Assembly: GCA_965644295.1 (NCBI GenBank)
Contig: CBFFRP010000249.1
Span: 95,854-159,853, forward strand
DNA length: 64,000 bases
From: Paraphysomonas bandaiensis
Taxonomy: Eukaryota; Protista; Chrysophyceae
Reading direction: 5' to 3'
The position numbers were made by a program, and so were the translations under genes. Within the stretch, counting starts at the first letter, position 1, and each line of letters starts with the position of its first letter. The notes under the pieces are model-generated. The model ran no database searches. It saw only the letters and a program-made list of their open reading frames with translations, and was not told the origin of the DNA. Below are positions 13,017 through 25,979 of the stretch, in pieces.

Positions 13017-14933
13017 TCATGCTCTATTGTCGCAGTTGCATTGCCACCCTCTGCGCTGTCGTCTTGCGCTTGTCCGCACTGGTCCGGTTGGTCCCGCGAT
13101 AGCTGGTGAGTGCCTTGCGTTTTTTCGATTTACTTGTGCGGTCTTGTTCACTGCGTCTATCACCAACTGCGTGGTTATCTTCTTCCTCCAGTTTGTTCTG
13201 CTGACATATTTGTTTGTCTTCAGATTCAAGAAAATCCAGCTGCCATTTGCATTGCCTGCAGGATACAAGGCTATGCACGGCTCAGTTCGGTCCTGCTCCG
13301 CGTCGTTGCTCTTGACCTTCGGGTCGTAGCACTCCACATAGTCACCGAATGCGAGAGCCAGCTCCTTCTTGAAATTCGGTTTGATCCCTGTCAATGCCAC
13401 TCGCGGCGCTACCGTTGATCCATTGGTGGATGGCCTTCTTAGATTCATCCTGCTGTTCGCATAACGTACCAGATCTTTCACATTGGCGTCAGGTAAATCC
13501 CACGGTAGTCCTGCATGGATGCTCCTGATCATCTCTTTCAGGCGTCGTATTTTTGAGTCAATTTTGTCGAGGTGGTCGCCTGCTCCCGCGACGTCTATCT
13601 CCACCCCTGTAATCTGCCCTCGGAGTGGTTTGAAGCCAGGTTGTGGGTCGAGGTAAGCGATGGTCGGCACATACCCGTAGCTCCGTAGCAGATTAACGTG
13701 TTCCTGAAGTGCGAGTCCTAATGCTTCTGTTGTCTCATTCTGTACTGCAGAGACTACTGACACTCCCAGTGGCTCCGCCATCGTGAGAAGAAAGGACTGC
13801 TGTCGCACGCTGAAAATGTCTGAGTAGAGCCTCTGCTCTCGCTGCATCTCCGATTTCAGTGCGGTGTCTACGTACTGGCGCCCCGTTTTTTTGTGAGTGT
13901 GCTTTCCGCGCACTGACTCGTATGGGATTCCATATATCTCGAATGCTCTCCGTACGTCACTTGCAGTGAGTTTCAGTCCTGTTATGTTGCCATCACTGAC
14001 TAAGTTGATTGCGTCTTTCTCAGAGTCAAATCCCGAGGTCTTGACTAAGTCCCATGCCTCTCGTGCTCGAGCCACTTCGGCCTTCGAGTGCCTCGCTTCC
14101 ATGTCAGCTACTGTTGTGACATGTACGTTTCCAGTGGCCCAGTCTCGCATATCAGCCACGTACATTTTGTTCCTTCGTGCGAATACCAGGTCTCTACCAG
14201 GTAAATGCACAGTATACGATTTGCCTTGCACATATGTTACATCGTACATATCCTCCACATCTGATTGACATAGCACACTCGCACGTAAATGATCAGCCGT
14301 TGTGCAGGGAAAGAATTGATCCAGATCTCCTACATTTGGTAGCTCCATAGCGTGCCCTGAGAGTCCTGCCACGGTACATTTCCTGGTCGCCGGCCTTATA
14401 TTGTGCAGTAATGCAGGGTGAACCACTGACACGTCCGCCTGATTATCTAGCAGTACCTCGTACCACCTGAATGGGTGGCCTCCGGATGTGAATGCGTTCT
14501 TTAGGGTCACCGCACAGTTTCTCTCATCTGCGTCTTGGTTGTCAGGACATTCATTGAGTCGGTGCCCTGGCTCGCCGCACCCCCAACATATCAGGGGTTT
14601 CCTCCGTTGATCTCTGTGCCGTGGATTCTTCTGCCCCCTTTTGAATTCTTTGTGGTCGTCTCTGTCGCCATTTTCGTCACTGTCACTTGCGCTGTGTTTC
14701 CCTTTGCTGGAGGTTTTACGTTCAGCTTTGGTGACGAAAGCTGCTCCTCCTGCCGCGCGTGTCTGCTTCCTGGCCGGTAAGTATTTAGAAACCTTGTTGT
14801 ATATGTCATTCACGTGTGTGGGTGCAATCTGAGTTCCCATGGTTAGGTCATTAAGATAGTTCGTCTTGAAATCCCCGTATCTCGTGTCGTCTAGTCCGTT
14901 AAAGAAGTCCATCGCCACATCGGTGTCGGACAT
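13017..14933 (-). mobile_element. Truncated Ty1/Copia LTR-retrotransposon polyprotein fragment (gag zinc knuckle, protease, integrase; no RT or LTR seen)
   Basis: CWGCGEPGHRLNEC (CCHC knuckle), VLLDNQADVS (aspartic protease), SDVRRAFEIYG (pre-integrase), integrase core LYSDIF...YLDPQ...KIRRLKE, FGDYVE. Order PR-INT fits Copia. Confidence 0.9.
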
Positions 14934-16022
14934 TTTGGCGTTGTCCTATAACGGACTAGACGACACGAGATATGGGGACTTCAAGACTAACTATCTTAAC
15001 GACCTAACCATGGGAACCCAGAGTGCACCCACACAGTCTAGGCAAAAAGCAGGTTCTCTTTGCAGTTACTACAGAACTCGTTAGTAAGAGGAAATTATGC
15101 TTCTAAGTCTACAGCCGTACAAAACACTGCATAACATAACACCATACACCTCTATGTGCCCTATGCATATCTTATACAGTCACTTCAAGTACTAAACTGA
15201 AAAGAACATCCTCTTATTTCTCTACGACACCACTGTGCAGACTACGCCCTTCTCTGTATACTCTATACTACGAATACGTATTCTCGTATTCTGCTCATTT
15301 TAGTCCTAATGTATTCCACTCTATACGCTGTATACTACACCTTGTGTGTGTGTTGCATGTAGAAGGGGACATACTCTGCATACACAGCACTGTGAGGTAC
15401 TTGCAGGAGATACATTGCAAGCAATAGTCCTAATAGGTTGATATGCTTCATGTTCGGCTATTGAGGGGTGTTGCACTTCTTCAACAATCTTATCTTGGCC
15501 ACCCTTCCCTAATACTACACTACGATATAAAAGACACATTCATGCCAGTGCATAGAGTTATAAGTTATAGAGTCCAGTCAATGAGGTTGGACTGAGCAAC
15601 ACTGCAATATCTTCCGACGATGATATACGCCATGTTATAGTCATCTAACATAATGATATAAGATATCTAACAAATACACTTTAAACATACGATATGAGTG
15701 TGCCGATACTCAAACCTGCAATTAATTAGTAGGAATGCAGATAGTACTCCTGTTGCAAGGATTGTAACTGCGAGAGAGATTACACTTTATTATCACAAGA
15801 GATGTGCTATATATGTTACATCTGCAAATCTATGCCATATATGTTACAATATCAAATTCTATGAATGTAATGCATTAATACTTATTACTTTCGACCTGAA
15901 CACAATTTCTGCCACTACTTATACTACCGTTATATACCTGTGGATTGATATTGATCATAACAAAAGTACTACAACCACCTACACACTACACAATAGGGCG
16001 CCATGACACAATATCTGACCGC

Positions 16023-17902
16023 CTATTTGTATCCCTGATTTATCTCCAGCACATCTGCCCCGCCAAAGTCATCCTTCCCTTCTGCTCCAGGTGCATTCTG
16101 TCGCATTGCCTGGAAGTGCGGATTGTCTCTGAAGTCCATATACAGCGAAAACATTACGTGTAGTGATTCCACTGGGTTATCATAGGTAGGAATATCCAAA
16201 ATAGAGCAAAGAACCTTGGCATATTCCGCCAGGGAAAGGTCTAAATCAGGAGATGGAAGCTGGAGGGTCTCTAGAGCGGCTTCGAACTGCTCTGGCCACA
16301 CGTCCATCAGCGTCTCGATGTCAGGCATATTCTTCTTGTAATGAACCTGGTAGAAAGTTGATTACAAACCGAATGTGTAACGTCAGGAAAGTTATAACAT
16401 TGTAATACTACCGTAGTTTAGAAGTGTTATATGCAAAGGCAAATACTACCTGTGGTGGTGGTTTCGATCTGTGGAGATCACTTATACTCTGGATCCACTT
16501 CGCTATAGCCCCAGGGTTCTTCTCAGCGTTTTCTATGGACCGAACGACCACATCCCCGTATTGCTGTTTCTTACTTGAAGCCCGCAACTGCAGCTCCAAC
16601 ACAGTAGGATCTGATTGCACGGTTGCAGGCTCATCCAATATCTTGAATCCAAGGTCATCATCCTCACCATCAGGTCGTGGAACCTAAATCGCCAAACAGA
16701 TAGTGCGTTAAAGAAATTATTCCCAAATTAGTGACATTCAGTCGGTTTACTATTAACAATTTCATTATTTTTGCACCTTGATGAACCCATCAATCTCCCC
16801 TATGGCAGGAATGTACTCAGGTATGAAGCACTTCAACGACGTCTCCAGCTCGACTTCATGAGGCTTGTACCGTTCAATATACTGGAAGAGGTCCCTCACC
16901 TCGGCAGCGACGTTAAGATACTGATAGTCCTTAGGGTTATATGCGCCTTCAACACCCTCGTAAAACTCCTGCTCTCCCTCTCCTTCATCATCTTCCTCTT
17001 CACTGGACTCCTCGTCATCATCGTCGCCCACATTCTGGGAAAGATGTCATGCATAAAAATGAAGAGCCACAACAACACTAGAAGTATGCACGAACTATAC
17101 ACACTTTGCGTTCACGAATATGAAGTGCAGTATATAGGAAATTCCCAGGTGTCAAAAAGGAAATAACCCAGGAAAGTGATTACGAGGCCTGCTTCACGAC
17201 CTGTGTTAATACCTGTCTATGTACTTCAGCTGCTTTAGACTGTGCTGCCCCCATGGAGAAGTTATCAGCTGGGGCAGGCGCCTTTATCTCCATAGACACC
17301 TATCCCAAACCAAAAGTCATGCACGTATTTGTGCTACTAGCATCAGAATAAAAATTACCTGGGCTACTGGTTTCGACTGGTTTCCCCTCCCACTTTGTGT
17401 GTCCACACTCTCATCTGAACCGGATCTGGAAAACTCAAGGGCCTCATCAAAAGGCCGGTTTGATATGGAGTTTGACTTGTTCAATTCCGCCTTGATATCA
17501 TCCCGTGCAGGTCTGGCGTTCTTCGCTGGGGGCGTGATATGCTGATCCATACTCTGGCTTATCTCCACTGCCTCGTCATATTTGTCATTGGTTAGTTTCT
17601 GTTCCTTGCTTTGCTGAAATCAACCACTTATAGTTAGTATGGACATAGTTCAACAACATTAAGCGGAACCTTCGCATCTCTCCGTCCATCAAAACTCTCG
17701 GCAACCGATAAGTCTTGACTAACCTCATATGCCTCATCATATGGCTTGTTGTACTGAACAGTCGACTGGTAAAACAAAACAACACTCAGATTGATTGGAG
17801 TTAATAGTTACATATACGCACTGGTTTATTGTGCTTTGTTTCATCGATGCTCTCTTCGAACTCATCCAACTCATCAGAGAACTCATCCTCCGAGTGCGAC
17901 AT
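16023..17902 (-). CDS. IFT46: Intraflagellar transport protein 46, multi-exon
   Basis: YNPKDYQYLNVAAEVRDLFQYIERYKP, FIPEYIPAIGEIDGFIKV, DEPATVQSDPTVLELQLR, MPDIETLMDVWP, LHVMFSLYMDFRDNPHF. Acidic N-terminus with repeated N(R/Q)PxDEA motifs. Confidence 0.95.
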
Positions 17903-18666
17903 TATCAATCAATGTATTAGTAAACTACGAGCAGTGTTAACAGCAGCAGAGATCACACTATTAACAGTTACAGCGATACAGATATAAGCTAATAGCAGTT
18001 GTCTATATATGGGACTACCTGCTCTTAGTCGACAGTTGACAGGTGATGAGGGAGTGCAGATAGTCAAGATACGTTGAGGTATGTTAGAGGGTTGTGTGTT
18101 TCTTTTATGGGATTCCTCGATCTGTGTATGTATGTGTATATGAGAGAGTCGTATCGTAGTATTTAAACAGCATACCATACTCCCCTGTACATACACACCT
18201 ACATATAAACTAACTGATGCACACTGTACAGAGAATGAAACTTCTTCAGATTCAAAAAACCTTGTTGATATCTAAAAATGCCTCTTTTGATAACTAAAAA
18301 TGCCTCTTTTGATATCTGAAAATGCCGGTTTCTCTGACTACGTTACATACAATAGTACACTGTTGTACAGAGAGTACAATCTGCTGTCCAAAGTATACAG
18401 TTTCGAAGTACAGGATTCTGAAAATTCCAAATTACGAAGAAAACTCCTATTTATTATTAAAAACTCCAATTTTCGTCTTTCTCAAGACTCAGAAACCCCT
18501 CAAGAATTTCTACGTAGTAGACGGTACAGTAGCTCCAGTGTGTCAGCAGATCGGACCAGTCACTCCACTCACTCAACTGACTGTATAATTAATAAAATAA
18601 ATAAAGAATTATCCCTCATCTCATCCACATGTCCACTCCCCCACCTCCCCCCATCATCACCTGATC

Positions 18667-20247
18667 ATGCTAGCAGTCGATAAGAAGGTTCTTAAGGCTC
18701 AGTTTTCACGAAACAGTCTCGAGATTCACTCCAAGTTAGTGGGCTTGTATTTAGAGAACCTCAATGCTATTGCCACTCAAGCAGCGATTGTAGCCGACTT
18801 AGGATTTGGTGCTGTTAAAGAAATGGGGTTTCATAAGGAGATGGACAAGACCGTTCACACACCCGGATCGTTTACATTCGGCTACTTCTATTATTTTATG
18901 GCGATATCAGGACTCGTTACGTCTGTATTGGCTCTCTCTCAGTCGACAATTTGTGTTGTATTTGGACACACGATGTTTTTGTATGGTGAAAATCATGAGG
19001 TGTCTTTATTAGCTGTACATAAGATGCGAACACATCAACTCGAGTCTGGATTTTGGGGAGCAGTGTGTGCTTTTTGTTTGATCATGCAGGGGTGTATATT
19101 TACTTGGGGAATGGTACCTATGGACTTGGGGCTGATTATAACAGTTGTGTATATGTGTGGAATGTACATGATATATACTGAGGGACGCAGAACTATCGCC
19201 AGTTTTAGGCCAGAGACGAGCTTGCAAGGTATATGTTTACTGTCGTCTGTTCACTGGTTAAACACTCTGCTCAGACCTCGGTTTGAGTAGCGAAACACAG
19301 CTATGGACAAAGATTGCCACTTTTTTTGGATTGGCTGGAGAGACGGACGAGGGTGCCGAAGAGATGGAGGTGACTCCAGAAGAATTGGGTCTACTGGATT
19401 CAACAGGCGAAGTCCTCACTAAAGATAGGCTGCGAGGGGTGAGTTGTGTCTATTTAGTATACCTGTTATGGTGGTAATGATGCGATGCGTAGAGGGTGAA
19501 TAAAGTCCGCATGCGTGGCTACCTGTGGACGAAAAATCTGATGACGGATCACATCAGTGAAGTCTTTCATCGGACCTACGCGGTACTGGAGAATGGCGCA
19601 CTAGACTTTTATCGTCGTAGAGAAGACTATATCGACAACTTGAACCCAGTTAACCGTCGATCATATCGGATGCGTGACTATGAGCTGATAACAAATCCCA
19701 AAAAGATCGCTCGCTTTAACGCTCCTCCATCCGTACTCGGATTTGCAGGCGTTAGAGCCTTGGTAACGGGGACGCATGAACTGAGCACGTCGGACTTCAT
19801 GAACGCAACTTTTTCCACAGAACACGCCCTCTCACGTCTGCGATTGACTCTTGCCCCTAAGGTAAATCATGTGATTAAATATATTTAGGATAATGTGGTG
19901 ATGGTGGTTCTTGTAGAGCTCCTCTGAATTGCACACTGTGGATGCCGTGCAACTCATGGTTGAAGATGATGTTACATATAAACAGTGGGTCGTGAAGTTT
20001 TCTGAAGTTATAAGGTATGTGTATCCTGAAGAGGTGATTCTGTTTGTTTGTCTCATGCATATGATACAGCATATACGATAAAATCCGTACTCTGGATGAT
20101 ACTGCGCTCACAAGACGGTATTGCCTTTTTATTCTTGAGACTGTGTTAACCGTTTTTTCTTTCAGAAACGTAAACGACGTCGAGTCCAGTTTACATTTTG
20201 CTCATAGCAAACGAAGTAAAATGGATTTCGATATAAGCTGTTCATAG
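18667..20247 (+). CDS. Four-TM Orai-like membrane protein with a C-terminal PH-like domain, multi-exon
   Basis: TM1-like NAIATQAAIVADLGFGAVKE plus three more hydrophobic helices. Later exons give a PH-like pattern VRMRGYLWTK...FHRTYAVLENGALDFY...YKQWVVKFSEVI. Confidence 0.6.
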
Positions 20248-20809
20248 TGAAAACATGTGCTGGCGTCGCATTAAACTTTACTTCTCATAGTGTTAATAAA
20301 TATTCATGTAAATCATAGTGATAGTTGTGACGAACGTATATAAGGTTTTGTCTTGGAAGATTTTCATGATAACCTAAGCGATATGCATAAGTTGCATGTT
20401 ATATAGACATAAGGTGTCTACATTTTGCTAATGGTGACCAATTGAGTGGTTTAGTCAACATTACTCATACTATAATGACTGTTTACTTTGACCTATACTG
20501 CATACACTGAGTGAACACTACTCCAGGAAACTCGATGCTATTATACGCTATACGCACATGGAATATATACACCTTACAGGACATCTATCTTCTTCATTTC
20601 TCCATAGAACTCATGGCCTTCATCTACAGGGTTCTTTCACTATCAATAATACACAATACAGTACATCTGCTGTAGGAAACGAAGTACTGATATCAAAGAA
20701 TGATCAATGTGGTAGGTAATTAAGAAAGTACTATACTATTATAATTTACGACACCACATCTACATGAACAGCAAATCTACACATTACGTTGAAAGCAGTA
20801 TTCTTCATT

Positions 20810-22462
20810 CTAATCAGAGGAGAAATAAAATGACACAGAGAATGCTAAGAAGCCTATCATGACTGCGAAAGCTGATGTATAGTACGGATATGCAGACGGT
20901 ATAAATCTCTCATATTCATTGTGTTTGAATGGACGGATCGAAACCTGAGTTTCCGTGTGTATCGTAGAGTAGCCCGATCGACGATACAACACGCGGAACT
21001 TAAATACGCCGTAGTCGTCTGGGGCGATGAATGAAGCGTGGCACCGTCCAGTTTGAGGATCACAGTTCATTGTAGTCCGTATGTAAGGGTCGAGCATGAC
21101 AAACTCCAACTGCAGGTCTGTTGGCGCAAAAGGCACCCACTTTCCCTGCTTCAACTCCTGGAGAGTAATACCGAATACTATCTCATCTTTGACGCGGTAA
21201 ACGAGTGAAGAGCGGGTTAGCTCTGGGTCTGGATACAGAGTGGTTGGAAGGTCTGGGCGTTTCTTTTCATGCAAAATCAGGTCAGCGGGCGATCCATCTG
21301 AACGGTAGTGCGTAATGTTGCTAAACCGCAAAACACCAGCCTTGCCAGTAGTCCAGCGAGTCACCTCCCTACAGAAAACTCTGTTCCCATAACGTCCATC
21401 TTCAGCTCGAAAAAATTCATTTGAAAACATATCTAGTGAACCAGACACTAACACGCGAGCATTATTTCGGGCTTGTATACCCGTTACTAGCAATGTGTCC
21501 GAGCCTGCATTGTCAGGGAAGCTGCTAATATCCTTCGCCCTATCACTGGAGTAAGACGTTGGGTTGCCTCGCAACACCTGCCCAGTATTAAACACCACCA
21601 GTCAATAGAATTTACCTCACCTTAACAGCCAACACGTTGTCTTCCTCCACAGCATGACCTAGACCACGATAGAGCACGGGTGCTAAATGCGCGTTGTGAG
21701 AGAACTCGCCAAGCACTGCCTCGGATTTTATGACATTGCTTGCCATAACAGTGTTGTGCGATACATCCCCCCTACACCCATAACTAAGTGCTGTTCAACA
21801 CATTCAACAACCGCTCACCCGATAGATATATTACTGCGATAATAATTGAAGTGGTCTATGACCTCGCTGGTCTTCGAGTCAAACTCAATACCACAGTTTT
21901 CCGCAAATAATCGCATGTTTTTAGACATACCACCCTCAAGACCCAGCACAAGGTTCCCGCCATGATCGACAAACGACAGTAAGTCATGGAAGCTCAATGA
22001 GTTAAAGCTGCTTGTTTTGGGAGCGAATATTATAATGTTATCGTAGAGATATTCTCCAAACTCCTTGATGACTATCGTAGAAGATGTTGATGGTACGATA
22101 GTCAGCTCATGACCGTCACCTGAACATAACACCATCAGCACAACCACATACACACATAAACACCCATATATACACATATATACACACATATACACACATA
22201 TATACATACATATATATACACACATATACACACATATACAGACATACATAAGCAGACAGCACAACACATACACAAACTCACCCTGCAGATCATTGAAATA
22301 GTCAGAGAAACGCTGAGCTGTGGAGTAGACTGGGTCGACTATAGCCAGAGTCTTATCTGCGCCGATAGAGTGCTCCACGTTATTACTGTACGCATAAAAG
22401 ATAGAGGGAAGCAGGAATAGAAGGGTCAAGGAGATGAAAGAGGAGGGGGAGGGGGGTGGCAT
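20810..22462 (-). CDS. WBP1: Oligosaccharyltransferase 48 kDa subunit (OST48/Wbp1/DDOST), multi-exon
   Basis: Signal peptide after MPPPSP; EFGEYLYDNIIIFAP, FVDHGGN, QARNNARVLVSGSLDMFSN, QLEFVMLDPYIR, PDDYGVFKF, RPFKHNEYERFIPSAYPYY, then a C-terminal TM. Confidence 0.96.
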
Positions 22463-22549
22463 GGTGAGCCTTACTAATCGTGTGTGTGTCTGTGGAATTA
22501 TATACATACACACTCTTAAGAGAGCTGTATGAGTACATACACACCTGAT

Positions 22550-23205
22550 ACTACTGCTGTATACATATATACACTCCTGCTGTATACATATATACACTCC
22601 TGCTGTATACATATATATACATACCACTGCTGTATACATATACATACATACTGCTGCTGTATATATATACATACACACTGCTGCTGTATATATATATATA
22701 CACACTGCTGCTGTATACATATATATACATACTACTGCTGTATACATATATATACATACTACTGCTGTATACATATATATACACACTGCTGCTGTATACA
22801 TATATATACACACTGCTGCTGTATACATATATATACACACTGCTGCTGTATACATATATACACTCCTGCTGTATACATATATATACATACCACTGCTGTA
22901 TACATATACATACATACTGCTGCTGTATATATATACATACACACTGCTGCTGTATATATATATATACACACTGCTGCTGTATACATATATATACATACTA
23001 CTGCTGTATACATATATATACACACTGCTGCTGTATACATATATATACACACTGCTGCTGTATACATATATATACACACTGCTGCTGTATACATATATAT
23101 ACATACTACTGCTGTATACATATATACACTCCTGCTGTATACATATATATACATACCACTGCTGTATACATATACATACATACCACTGCTGTATACATAT
23201 ACATA
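22550..23205. repeat. Minisatellite, units about 24-28 bp (consensus CTGCTGCTGTATACATATATATACACA)
   Basis: More than 20 degenerate tandem units read directly; lies between divergent WBP1 and pepC genes. Confidence 0.95.
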
Positions 23206-23517
23206 CCGTATACAGAGGACCTGTACAGCAGCAGTGTCTTATATATACAGCAGCAGTAGTTTCTACCATACACACCCAGGGAATACGATTATATACCGTG
23301 GTATACCGCTGTAGTATCCAACAACTGCATAGATTCATGTAAGATGCGCGTATGCAGGTGTGTCACACTGTAGGATTCCTAGTCGTAGCAGATATAGAAA
23401 TACGTACAGCAAGATATCCGCATCCCCCCATACACATACATACACATACACTCCACTCTACTCCAGTTCACATTCTCCTAACATCCAGACACCATTACAA
23501 AGATACAATACAGACAT

Positions 23518-25162
23518 ATGACGCAACAGATCACATCGAACGACGTCACGATATTCAGGTGTGTCTGTGAGCTGTACTGTCTCATCGTTTGACCTCTCAG
23601 ACAGAAATCAGTTTGCATCCGATGCAGCTGCTACAGTCGCGCAGAATGCCGTTACGAATAATGCTGTCAATGCAGTTGCATTGAACAGAAGTATTATTCA
23701 GACTACTGATACGAAGAATTTTAGTCATAAGGTGGACAAGTCATGGTCTGTTACTAACCAGAAGAGTAGTGGGAGGTATATTGCGTAACGATATGCTACA
23801 GTATCGTATCTGTAGCTGTTGCATAATAGTTTACATTGTAATCGGAAGATTCGTGGGTGTCTACAGTATTTATGGGCGTTTATGATATTGTTATATGTTT
23901 AACATTCGGTTTCAGGTGCTGGCTATTTGCCACCCTTAATCTCTTTCGAATCGGTGCGATGAAAAAGTTAAACGTAAAAGAATTTGAATTCAGCCAGGCA
24001 TATGTTCATTTTTGGGATAAATTTGAAAGATGTAATCACTTTCTTGAGGCAATGATCGAAACTGCATCACGAGATGTGGATGATCGCACCGTTGCTTACA
24101 TGCTGCACGATCCCATCGGCGACGGAGTAAGTATTGGGTGCATTTATTCTAGAATGTAATATAGTCAATATGCAGGGTCAATGGTGTATGGCAATCAATA
24201 TCATTCGCAAACATGGTCTCGTTCCGAAGAGCGTATTTCCTGAATCTCGAAGTAGTAGCGAGACTCGGTTGATGAATACTAATCTTAAGGAGATTCTACG
24301 TTGTTCCGCCTGTGAGATTCGTAACATTCTCTCTTCCACAAGCGGTGATCAAGGTCTACGACTGGCGATTGATCATAAAAGGAAGCGCTTGGGTGATGTG
24401 TGGCGGATGCTCTGTATTCACCTGGGAACTCCACCAGAAACATTTTCCTGGCAGTGGACTGATGTAAACGGAAGTTTTCACAGAGTCAGAGATGTGTCGC
24501 CAGTGGAGTTCTGTTTGGAATACGCCTGCGTAAATCGTGATATTAATGAATATGTGTGTCTTGTTAATGATCCACGCAACCCTTTCATGCAGACGTACAC
24601 AGTGGACTATTTGCAGAGTGTAGTAGGGGGAGATCCAGTGGTCTATTTAAACGTGGATGCGGAAACCATGAAGCGAATAACACAGCAGCAGCTTGAGGCT
24701 GGGGAGGCTGTCTGGATGGGATGTGATGTGGGAAAACAGCTTCACCGTGAGTCAGGAGTGTGGGATAAGGAAATGTTTCAGTATCAAGAGTTGTACGGAG
24801 TGTCCTACGGTATGAATAAAGCACAGCGGTTGTTGCATGGTCAGACGTTGATGACACATGCGATGATGTTCACAGGTATAGATTTCATTCTTTTACTTAT
24901 TCACTAAATGCGTGCAGGTGTTGATGTGGTGGAAGGTCGGCCATTGCGATGGCGCGTGGAAAACTCATGGGGAGAGAACAGTGGTGAGAAAGGGTTCTAC
25001 ACTATGAATGACAATTGGTTCGAGGAGCACATGTTTGAGATCGCTGCACCTCGTAGCTATCTCTCAGAGGAGATGTTGCAGTGTCTTGATACTTTGAAAC
25101 CTATTCGCCTACCAGCGTGGGATCCGATGGGAAGTCTTGCCCGTTCAGAAGCATATTTGTAA
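23518..25162 (+). CDS. BLMH: Cysteine aminopeptidase C1B (bleomycin hydrolase/PepC), multi-exon
   Basis: TNQKSSGR|CWLFA (catalytic Cys across an intron), FEFSQAY, DG|GQW, VWMGCDVGK, MTHAM (His), WRVENSWG (Asn), LPAWDPMGSLA. Confidence 0.96.
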
Positions 25163-25896
25163 TGAACAATTCTACTCTCGTGTCCTGTTTGAGAATGAAG
25201 TATTTGTTCTTGTCAGTGTCTTCCCTAAAAAACCTAATGACGCATACCCTAAAATATTTACTTATAACCAGCGAATAGTATTAATTAATTCACTTTAAGA
25301 TCTCGTGATATATGTGTCAATAGATAGTTTAAATTGAAAGAAGCTGGTAGAATAAATCGACATTTAATATGTACTATATGGAACAATAGTTTCTTCTTCA
25401 GTGTGATACATATCTTAACAAACATATATCGTATGAAGAGAAAAATATAACAGATTATTGATTTCAATATTTCATACGACATACGAGTGATATCGAGGAA
25501 TCACTGTGACATGACAGGTGTAACAGGTGTAGTTGCTCTGAATAACTACTGAATGACTTCGTTCTACAGTACTGATAGAGTCATCCATACAGAGACACAT
25601 CACGATGCAGTTGGGAAAGCCCTTATGGGTCACACTCTTGTGTCTGAAGTCTGCACGAGGATTATATTTACCTCTCATCAACTTAACGCTTATTCATCAC
25701 GATAACAATCCGAATACATATCATCCTCTCCAGATCACTGGCATCTCTGTTTTTCCATGTATTTAAGTAAGCAGTGATCATCTGTGTGCATGGATACAGC
25801 AGCCATCTCTGCATCTGCAGTTGCTCTGCATGCATTGGAATGATCCTCGATGTACGGGCTGTTATACTGGGGGTGGTTGTGCGTGCATATCAATTA

Positions 25897-25979
25897 TTTC
25901 ATTGAAAAATCATCGTTTTTCAGTTAAAAGTGAGAAAAAGTGACTTTTTAATGAAAAAACGATGACTTTTCAATGAAAT
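25897..25979. repeat. Short palindromic MITE-like element, copy 1
   Basis: TTCATTGAAAAATCATCGTTTTT...AAAAACGATGACTTTTTCAATGAA; its reverse complement matches 46129-46209. Confidence 0.7.

Noticed and set aside
22550-23205. CRISPR-like array
   Set aside because: No unique spacers, low-complexity units, no cas genes, eukaryotic context. The same applies to the 42-bp x3 repeat at 51903-52025.
21815-23338. 507-aa ORF and overlapping repeat ORFs
   Set aside because: Read-through of the minisatellite and an in-frame intron into WBP1 exons; not a separate protein.
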